From assembly GCA_002633005.1 (NCBI GenBank), contig NMRA01000705.1, forward strand, positions 62,001 to 126,000: a DNA stretch of 64,000 nucleotides. The letters are read 5' to 3'. Every line of letters starts with the position of its first letter. The first letter of the stretch is position 1. Both the position numbers and the translations under genes were made by a program. Below, in pieces: positions 53,946 to 64,000 of the stretch. The stretch is from Phoronis australis. Taxonomy: Eukaryota; Animalia; Phoronida. The notes below the pieces were generated by a model, which had not been told where the DNA came from, did not search any database, and saw only the letters and a program-made list of their open reading frames with translations.

Positions 53946-54343
53946 GGCCCGGTCTCTGATCTTTGTACTCGAAATGAACTCGAAACTATTTTTGGCAATT
54001 TCTCTGCTCCTTTTGTGCTAACTTAAGATAATTGGTTATCAGACTGTGCTCGAATACATTATAGTTTATGCATAGGAGTTTCTAGTTCAAGTTTGCCCTT
54101 GAAGACCCTTATATTCGCTCTACAAACTTGAGTAAAACTCGAAATTTCGAGTTCAAACTCGAACTTATTGCTTTAATATTGGGTTTACAAACTGTGAACT
54201 AAGGGCAATAAATTATCTACGTAAGTTATTGTGTACTCGAGCATAGAATAATAGACACTTATCTTGAGTTCGCCCAAAAGTAGAGTAGAAAATGCCAAAC
54301 CTAATTTCGAGTTCTGTTTCGAGTAAAGATTGGAGACCGGGCC
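53946..54343. mobile_element. PIF/Harbinger-like MITE
   Basis: TIRs ggcccggtctc...gagaccgggcc with extended imperfect inverted arms, flanked by the 3-bp TSD CTG on both sides. Confidence 0.8.
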
Positions 54344-57300
54344 CTGTATGCCAGGGTGGGGAAGTCCTGGCCCCAACAAGCGATGCATAGTTAGCAATAG
54401 TTGGAAATGAAAAAACTAGATATCCTAAAAACTGACAAACTGGGCAAACGTCCACTGGAACACCAGATAGCTAAGGTGGCCTTTTTTGTAATGAAAGGAC
54501 AATTGAGAGTATCTGACGTGCTCAGTAATGACCTATTCCTGCACAGACTCGGTTCCTTCCTAAGGGAAGAGTAAAAAGAATACAATTCCAGTTCCCATCT
54601 GTTTACTTCTTGTGCGTGGTAACTTGGGATTTTTACAAGGTCGTGAAACAAAATTTCGTGTCTTATTGGCAGATCAAACCCTGTGTATGTAATGCGGATA
54701 CAACTCTTTTTTCTTACATTTATTTATTTAATATTATAAATATGTTTTCTTATAATAAATGTGTTTGTGATGGCTACAGTATTTTGTAAAATTTCTAACT
54801 GATCATTTTTCACTGTTTACAAACAGAGGAGATGCATAGTTACCGGTCACAATTTAGTTCATAACAAGCAAAAGAATATTATACGAGAACATTTTTTCAA
54901 GATTTTAAAATTCTTACAAAACATACCAGAGAATTATCCTTTCCAATCAATGTTCTGAATACAGCACCCATCAAAGCCGTTCAGACAAAACTGCGTTTTG
55001 CCCTGCATGACCTGTTCACCGAATAGTGGTTCGCAACTTCCTTAAAACCAATTTGGTTGGTGACGTAGTAACATTTCTATGGTCTATTTACACTGCGTAG
55101 TAACATTTCTAATCTATTTTCACCATCTTCTAGTCTGTTTACTGTGGCACATTGTTTTAGTTGCTCATATATCCAGTGCGCAGCATTCTTAAAATGACAA
55201 TTAATGGCACATGGTACTGTCATGGTAATTGTATTTTTCTTGGTGCGTGGCAAGATCGCTGAAACACCTGAACATGGCCAGAAAAATAACCAAAATCTTA
55301 CCAGCGTTGATAGCCCTAAATATTCGTGCAAACAGACTCGTAGATTTTAGAAATGATGTCTGCATTTTGTCATCCTTAAGAACGTTGGATGTCATTGTCA
55401 AAACAGGTCCCTACTGAAACAACATTTTTTATTCAAACTTTGCTGATTTCCAGAGTTGTTGGACAAACTTAATGCTATAAGTAATGCTGCCCTTGTATTG
55501 TTTGCTCACTTTGACATTCTTTACTTCCAGTTGAATTCTAGGCTGGGTTGTATTAGCATCCCATAGTATGGAACTGAGACATTGTTGACCTTTTTCATCA
55601 TGTGTGAGAGATATTGTCGATCTTAAATTATCAATGTCAATATACTGACAGATGCTTTAATAAGATATTCTTTCCTTTTGATATTAGGGAAAACACCAGC
55701 CAGGGAGAAGAACGACTTGTAGTAGAGCCTTCCAGCACTTTGGAAAGTGAAAAGCAATAACTCTGACCAAAATAAAGATAAAATCTATGAGCAACTCTTG
55801 TAATAATCTGGTTTGGCTAAGTTTAGTTCCTTGATGAAACCAATTTTTCGCCCGTTTTTGTTTCTTCCTTCAACTGGCAATTTTCGTGTCAAGGTTGCGA
55901 CTGTCTGCTGTGCATCTGTCTAAGTGTCACTTGACTGCACAGTAAGTAGGGGACAATATATATTAAGTGTGGATAACAAACATCAAGTTGTCAATAATAT
56001 TGAGATGAATACAACCAAATAAACAAGTTTGGGCAATGTAAAGACTGCTTTATCTGCTGGAGAACTTCAATTGTTACATAATCTCAAAAACATCGATTAC
56101 CAATGGCAGCCTGTCATGCAATGGTGATGTCATTCTAGTTATTCAGAGAGTGACCGAGCCAATGTTTGACCACATAGTACGGTTATATACATATAAACCT
56201 TTTAATAGACAATCACATCAGCCAATATCACATTCATTTCACATATTTCATAACAGTTACATATCTTGCAATGAAAAATGAAGTATAAACAATCTGCAGG
56301 CTAACTGCGAGCAGGCAGTTTACAACTTGGATTATCAACACTGACATATGAAAAATAACAACTCTTGACACATGAAAACTAGGACCAACTTGAATAACTT
56401 ATTGGCAAGCACGGACAGTGAGATGGCTCTAGGTTTTAAGAAAGGAAACTAATAAAACTCCATGCAACCCTTACATCAACTTCAACAAAAATTACAAATT
56501 GTTGAAAGCAAGCGTAAAATGCAGTGGAATCCTACTCACAATGCACTATTCCTTCACCAACAGATCATGCATTTGGACAACTGCAGTATTGTCCTTGCAG
56601 GAGTGAGACTCATTATCTCGATCAACATTGTCTTGTTTCAAGTCCAGCCGAGTCTAATCTACCGTACATGTTACAAATAGTAAGATGGCATCACCCGCAA
56701 TTCCCAGTCGTAATGGCTGTGCACAATGGAGAAAGTGTATGCTGTCACAGGCAGATGAATTTCACGATGACTCATAACCATACAAGAAACATGTTTTATT
56801 AGTAATGAGTGACGTTATTGGTGATCGAGGAACAGATGAATTCAAGCGCCTGTTTATGCTGTAAGCAGCATTCACAGAGCAGTTTGACTGACAAAGAATG
56901 ACAGGTCAGTAACCAGTAGGATGGGTCATAACTGATCACAATGAGGAAATGGAATTTTGTACCAAGGCACTTCCTTGCATGAACTGTATTGAAACAGCAT
57001 GTCCGAATGTCGAGGAAATTCTAATTACAGCAGTTTGCATCCAACAGAGAAACAAATTTAACTTCCACATGATACGGCATTGTGAGTCTCCGTACTTCTA
57101 ATCAGCATATAATACATAATTTGCAAAACAGGCAACTTGACAAAAGGCACTCTACGTCCTCATGATTGTCACTACACCAAAGCAGATGTACAGGCCAAAC
57201 TGTTGGTACCTTCAAACTACATGGATTGCGTGCAAACATTTTCCCAATAGATATACAATCTTAAGTTTTGAACATCTACAATCTGAAATAATAATAAATG

Positions 57301-57540
57301 TGAAAGGAATGCTGAGAAAATACAGAACAAAAATCAAATCATCTCTAAATAGCTTAATGGTCATCACTAACCATCCTTCAAAGCCATCAAATACTTTATT
57401 AGAATACAAAATGTAAGACTCTACAAAAGACAAATTATTTAAACACAGCATAAAGCAAACTGTCCTGCTTTTCACCTGCACATCTTAACGACCTTTGACA
57501 TCTACATCAGATTTAACACACATCACCAGATGTGACCCTT

Positions 57541-60500
57541 TTAATTGCTTGCCTGCCACTTGTACATGGACAATTGTTTTTCGGTCAGAGCAGTCAAAAA
57601 GTTGACACTGTTACATTCAAAGGCACACACATCCACTACAGTATCTGCTGATTTGAGGGATTGGTCAAGACGTCCAGAGTTGACATTCCAGATGTGAACC
57701 TGACAAAGACACAATCACATACTGATGGAAACATTGACAATTATCAATTGAAAAACATCAAAATAGCTGCCACCCCCATAACTTTACTTGAGACATTGCT
57801 AAAAATTAACCAATCAGATTGTAAAAATTTTGCTAACGTTCACTCAAAGCATGTCAAACTCAACTTTCAAGTCAAGTGTCAAGTAAAGTATGGTGAGAGG
57901 CCGCGATGACAAAGACCAATATAGACATCCTGAAACAAACCTGGAAATCAAAAGGCAGGATTATTTGCTTATACTACACTGGAACCTGCCACGACTAACG
58001 ACTGATGAACAAGAGTGGTTGTAAGTCTGACCACTGTTGCTTTATCCTATACTCGCAGCAGACTGACCAACGGTTACTGTACGATAAAATCACAGCAATT
58101 TCAGACAAAAATCAATGCTAGAATTGCCCTGTTCCCATTACTCAAAGGCTTTTAACATTATTGTGATTCATCGCAATTTTTCAAAACATTGCCTGACGGC
58201 ATAGCTTGGTACAGAACTAGAGAATACAAATGCACCAAGTTGGTGCTTACATCTTTCATGGAACAATGAGAAACCAAAATTCTTCTCCGCCACATTATGC
58301 CCTAAACCGGTTAGGTTTTAAATAAATGTAAGTCCGATTGGCCAGAGCATAGTTGTAAGTCTGGCCACTAGGTTGCTCTTCACGCCATGAGATGACTGAA
58401 GTAACTTACCGCTTGTGCTGCCTCATCACCAACACAGGCCAAGAGACCACAATGAGAGTGGTTGACTAAACAGCTTCTGCTCATTTTTTGCATGGTGGTG
58501 CCCCCTAAGAACAACCGGTTAGACATGGTGGTAACTGTAGACAAGTCATTCGGATGACTGAACACCAGCTTAAACACCTGTATGGAAAAAGACATGAGAA
58601 AAATAGAATGATGTAATACACTCCATGGTGACATAATATGATGATTCAGCACTCAGACACCAGAAATCTCAACAGCAAACCACTCAATGGTAAAAAACCT
58701 CCAGGCTAGGACAGAAAAGTGACATTTTCCTTCTTAAAGTAAATATTAGGAAAAGTCTAGTTCAGTATTTGTTGGCTGCTGGTAGAAGAAACTAAATTTA
58801 ATAAAGATCCTGTACAGCATTTAGGAGATACACCCATGGGCGCGAAAACAAACAAAACTGCCACTAGGTGGTGCCACAGTAGTCGACGTCATCGGAAAAT
58901 CATCGTCAACTGTCACTTTTCACAATCATCCTTAGAGTGGTTTGGTTGTTAGAGAGGTGGACGCCAAAAAAACAACTCGAAAATAGTAAAAATGGCCACT
59001 AGATGGCGCAAAATCCATCGAAGCAATCCGAAAACGGAAAGATAGTGTCAACTCATTAATAGATGCCTATATACCAAATTTCATGAAAATCGGTTGAAGA
59101 CCTTTGAAGATACAGAGGCACATGTAAAAAACTAAAATTGCCACTAGGGGGCACAGCGTTATTCGGGTCGGTCCGAAACTGGTCGCTCTTTGTCGTGGAC
59201 CCATAGGAGCACACCTGCCAAATTTCAATACGATCCTGCAAGGGGTTTAGGCGATACAGCCACGAACGCCCAGACAGAGATGACGGCAATATGCGACCAC
59301 ATACAAATATGTGGGAGCATAAAAAATGGCCACTAGGTGGTGCAAACTACATCCAATCCATACGAAAACAGGAGGATACCGTCCTCTCACTAACAGCTGC
59401 CCATACACCAAATTTTATGAAAATACGTTGAGGATCTTTGAAGTTACAGAGGTAAACGTAAAAAACTAAAATTGCCACTAGGGGGCACACCAGTAGTCAG
59501 ATCAGTTTGAAAGTCATCGTCATCCATTGCCCAGATCATATAAATACACTAAATTAAGTAAAGATCCTCAAACGGTTTAATAGATACAACCATGAGCGCA
59601 AAAGAAACAAAACTGCCACTAGGAGGCACCACAGTACTCGAACTCGTTGGAAAATCATCGTCAGCCATCCACTTCAAAGTAAAAACATACATGCCAATTT
59701 TCACAATTATCCTGAAAGCGGTTTGGTTGATAGACGAGTGTAAGCCAAAAAACAGGCTTGAAAACAGTAAAAATGGCCACTAGGTGGCGCAAACTAGGTC
59801 GAATCCATTTGAAAACGGATAGCGTCACCTCATTAACAGATGCCAAATTTTATGAAAATACGTTGAGGACCTTTGAGCATACAAAGGTACACGAAAATAA
59901 AATAAAATAAAATTGCGACTAGGTGGCACACCAGTAGTCAGATCCGTCTGAAAGTCATCAACCTCCGTTGTTCACACCATACAAATACACTTATTAAATT
60001 TAGTAAAGATCCTGCGAGCAGTTTAGGAGATACAGCCATAGGGGCAAGAAAAACAAAACTGCTACTAGGAGGCGCCACAGTAGTCGAAGTGGTCGGAAAA
60101 TCATCGTCAGCTGTCCACTTCATAGTAAGAACATAAATTACACGATAATTTTCACAATCATCCTTTGAGCCATTTGGTTGATATAGGGGTGGATGCAAAA
60201 AACAGACTCAAAAACAGTAAAAATGGCCACTAGGTGGTGTAAACCACGTCCAATCCATCCGAAAATGGGAGGATAGCGTCATCTCACTAATAGGTGCATA
60301 TATGCCAAATTTTATGAAAATCCATTCAGGACTTTTGAAGATACAGAGGTAAATGTAAATAACTAACATTGCCACTAGGGGGCACACCGGTAGTCGGATC
60401 TGTCCGAAAGTTCGCTCATGCCGTCTCATCTACGGAAGGAACATATTATGTGCAAAATTTCATGACCATACATCAAGGCATTTTGGAGATAGAGCAGCGG

Positions 60501-63500
60501 ACGCCGGACACTGGACGGACGGACGAGATGACGGCATAATGCGTCCACATATAAATATGTGGACGCATAAAATAATAGGTGTTTTGTGCAACGGACCCAA
60601 CCATGAGGCCTGCGCATGTCTGATGCACCGCAAATGACATCAGACCACCTGCACTGTTTTTTTTTATAAAAATAAAAGCTTGTTTTTGTTAACAGCAAAT
60701 TCATAAGGATTTCTGAAGTAAAATTTCATGGGCTCAAAGAATTAAAATGGAACAAAAAGAGGATGGTTCACTGGACTCAAGTGTGTGGNAATAGCTGCAT
60801 ATACAACAAATTTTATGAAAATACGTTGAGGATCTTTGAAGATACAGAGGTAAACGTAAAAAACTAAAATTGCCACAAGGGGGCACACCAGTAGTCAGAT
60901 CCGTCTGAAAGTCATCATCATCCATTGTCCACATCATATTAATTAAGTAAAGATCCTCACACGCTTTAATGGATACAGCCATGATCCTAAAAGAAACAAA
61001 ACTGCCACTAGGAGGCACCACAGTACTCGAACTTGTTGGAAAATCATCGTCAGCCGTCCACTTCAAAGTAAAAACATACATGCCAATTTTCACAATTATC
61101 CTGAAAGCAGTTTGGTTGATAGACGAGTGTAAGCCAAAAAACAGATTTGAAAACAGTAAAAATGGCCACTAGGTGGCGCAAACTTGGTCGAATCCATTTG
61201 AAAACAGAGAGATAGCGTCACCTCATTAACAGATGCCGTTATGCCAAATTTTATGAAAATACGTTGAGGACCTTTGAGCATACAAAGGTAAACGTAAATA
61301 AAATAAAATTGCGACTAAGTGGCAAACCAGTAGTCAGATCCGTCTGAAAGTCATCGACCTCCGTTGTTAACATCATACAAATACACTTACTAAATTTAGT
61401 AAAGATCCTGCGAGCAGTTTAGGAGATACAGCCATAGAAGCAAGAAAAACAAAACTGCCACTAGGAGGCGCCACAGTAATCGAAGTCGTCGGAAAATCAT
61501 TGTCAGATGTCCACTTCATAGAAAGAACATAAATTACACGCCAATTTTCACAATCATCCTTTGAGCCATTTGGTTGATATAGGGGTGGATGCAAAAAACA
61601 GACTCAAAAACAGTAAAAATGGCCACTAGGAGGTGCAAACTACGGCCAATCCATCCGAAAACGGGAGGATAGCGTCATCTCACTAATAGGTGCATATATG
61701 CCAAATTTTATGAAAATCCATTCAGGACTTTTGAAGATACAGAGGTAAATGTAAATAGGGGGCACACCCGTAGTCGGATCTGTCCGAAAGTTCGCTAATG
61801 CCATCTCATCTACCGAAGGAACATAATATGTGCACAATTTCATGACCATACGTCAAGGCATTTTGGAGATAGAGCAGCGGACGCCGGACACTGGACGGAC
61901 AGACGAGATGACGGCATAATGCGTCCACATATAAATATAAAAATAAAAGCTTGTTTTTGTTAACAGCAAATTTATTAGGAATTCCGAAGTAAAATTTCAT
62001 GGGCTCAAAGAATTAAAATGGAACAAAAAGAGGATGGTTCACTGGACTCAAGTGTGTGGAAGTACAGATGCAAATTGAGACTACACGGCTTACCTGGTGA
62101 GCTACTGCTGGTTTAGTTGCGCCAGGGTTGGGTCTGTATGTTGCCAACAACTGACTAGTGTTGACATCGTGACATAGGCTGATAAGACTACCACGGTTAC
62201 CTAAGTACAAAAACAAGTACACAAACCTATCACAACATTTTTAACACTGTTTCATGTACATTCCTTTAAAAACAACAGATTGGAAATGCATACAGTATCT
62301 CATTAAATATTTCTCTGAGCTTGTGATTGGTTAACATTTTATTCTTCTGAGCTTGTGATTGGCTAAAGAGGCTGCACATTGTGTCCAACTCTTGTTCCAT
62401 TACGTTGCATTGGGAGGGTACAAAATTATGCTTTTCTACAAAAAATGAGCTACATGAAATGTGCGTACTTTTTAAATATCAAATGTTAGTAGAATGTCGC
62501 CACACACTTGTTCCCCTGACACAGTAGCATTGTGAAAAGACTGGAACTTTGGCCTATGGCCTGTTTGTGTTTCATTGCATTGTGTAACCTTGGCACACAT
62601 GAAAACTGAAAAATGTCAGTGACAAATTGGAATTTTTAACCATGGTTTACTCTGGCATAATATCATTGGTATTCAACAAGGATAGATTAGTACACATCCA
62701 GGATGTTATTTCCCAATTAGTTAATACACAATGAGAATGTGATTAAGCAGCACAGTGGATCAGACAACGCAAGCATCTTCTACAGAGAATCTCAAGTTAA
62801 CATTTGGAACATACTACCATTAAACATGTGTTTAGTAATTGTTTGAATTATGACATAGTAGCTATTCATGACTTCACTTTGATACCATGAATGCTGAGTT
62901 AATTTAACATTATGATCATACTAAAGGCCTGTACCTGAGACAGGTAATTTATGCAGCCTGAAGTAGTTACCAAGCGTCTCATAGAAGGTCATCTCGTCCA
63001 TCTGTCCCACCATCAGACCACTACACCTGTGTTGGAACAGAGTCGTGTAAGCAGTTACAAGTAAATTTTGACAGTCACTATGTTACAACAATAATATGTA
63101 AACATTTACAAATAAATAACAAACATTTTCCAAGAGTATAACATGAATAGTACAAGTAAATCATAACTAAATTAGAAACCTTGTATGAATAGCCACAAGT
63201 AAACTATCACTGTATTACAAGCGTGTTGTGTGAATAGTTACAAGTAAATTGCAAAAATGCCACAAGCCAGTCGACACATTTGAGCAAAAAGTATCGGAAT
63301 GGGATCAAAATCTTTCGACAGCAAGCGTATAAGGATAACTTCTACGAAACTCTTTATTAGAACGGAGTAAATGGCAAAGTCACCTGAAGTGCTGACTCGG
63401 CCTGAGGTAGCATAGAGAGACCACAGGCTTTGTACAGTTGTTGTTAAACTCTCTCACACTCTTAGACGTGTCGCGCACATCGTACTGAATAATGCTGCCA

Positions 63501-64000
63501 TTAGCCACACCCGTGTAGAAGTAGTTGGTGTTACCACTGTCCCAGCAGCAGGTCCACATGGGACCAGGTGCATCCCACCTGTAACAGAACAATGAACAGT
63601 AGTGGACAGTGACCAGAACAGGACTGGGACAAAGGAAACAACAAGTCAGACGATTGGCTTCAACTGATGCACCTGAGACAGACCAAGCAGGCACCGAATT
63701 AGAGGGATCCAAGGGGTCTGCACTCCCTGTGCAGAAATCTTTGTACTGCTGTTATTGAAGGTGAAGTGTCTGGTATGTGTGTCCATTGGGCATACACATT
63801 AGGAAAGTGAAAGGATTATATTATATATTTGTATGAGTAATTGTGGCAGCAACTCTGTGCCTTTAGCCAAATATCTAGAGAATTACAAATGGGTCTTGTG
63901 ATATGTTTTTATTGGTGATAAGAAGAGTCACTCACGTTTGAACTACGGTGTTGGTCATAAGACTGGTCACTTTGACTGTCTTGTCCAGTGACACACTAAG
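57541..64000 (-). CDS. RFWD3: E3 ubiquitin-protein ligase RFWD3, C-terminal WD40 region (5' part outside the window)
   Basis: Exons (minus): 64000-63936 (LSVSLDKTVKVTSLMTNTVVQT), 63578-63384 (WDAPGPMWTCCW...YTGVANGSIIQYDVRDT...PVVSL), 63026-62935, 62200-62094 (LLATYRP), 58577-58410 (FLGGTTMQKMSRS...CVGDEAAQA), 57699-57541 (VHIWNVNSG...VVDVCAF...LTALTEKQLSMYKWQASN*). These match the RFWD3 WD40 tail. Confidence 0.93.
58740..61940 (+). mobile_element. Helentron/HINE-like non-autonomous elements with central ~150-bp tandem repeats, in an RFWD3 intron
   Basis: Tandem subunits each carry (g)ccactagg(g/t/a)ggc(a/g)c. The 3' module is aaatttcatgacc...ggacggacggac followed by a 14-bp-stem hairpin (atgcgtccacatat-aa-atatgtggacgcat, 60539-60568) and an A-run, with a similar end at about 59290-59326. 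Block 59390-60788 recurs after N 60789 as 60790-62059. Confidence 0.7.

Noticed and set aside
594-63712. Most short ORFs in the supplied track as standalone genes
   Set aside because: They use non-ATG starts, fall in introns or repeats, or lie antisense to real exons, and show no recognisable motifs.

Overview
This is eukaryotic (metazoan, probably marine invertebrate; inferred from gene and repeat content) draft-assembly DNA with intron-rich genes, so the supplied ORF track is mostly noise. Reading GT-AG junctions and codon phases by hand gives five genes: (1) a complete 7-exon divergent tetraspanin (-, 1340-11738); (2) a complete 13-exon bifunctional FAD synthase FLAD1 (+, 16778-39963) with an in-frame mitochondrial-type presequence; (3) a 6-exon SAXO3-like axonemal protein (-, 41461-43742) with an RFX X-box; (4) an intact 11-coding-exon, 392-aa 'short major vault protein-like' gene (+, 45279-53302) with about 3 MVP-type repeats, an SPFH/shoulder domain and a coiled coil, the most intriguing element here; (5) the 3' six exons of RFWD3 (-, 57541 to window end). 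Introns and intergenic DNA hold a decayed Penelope-like retroelement with a minimal hammerhead-like motif, a long-TIR Academ-like DNA transposon abutting the FLAD1 start, MITEs, a ~60-bp satellite, and a Helentron/HINE-like repeat array with many co-oriented CTCF-like motifs. Single-N gaps (7815, 15213, 21801, 24807, 35797, 60789) include three that separate near-identical duplicated blocks, probably uncollapsed haplotype overlaps. All family assignments come from motif recognition and memory, not database searches.
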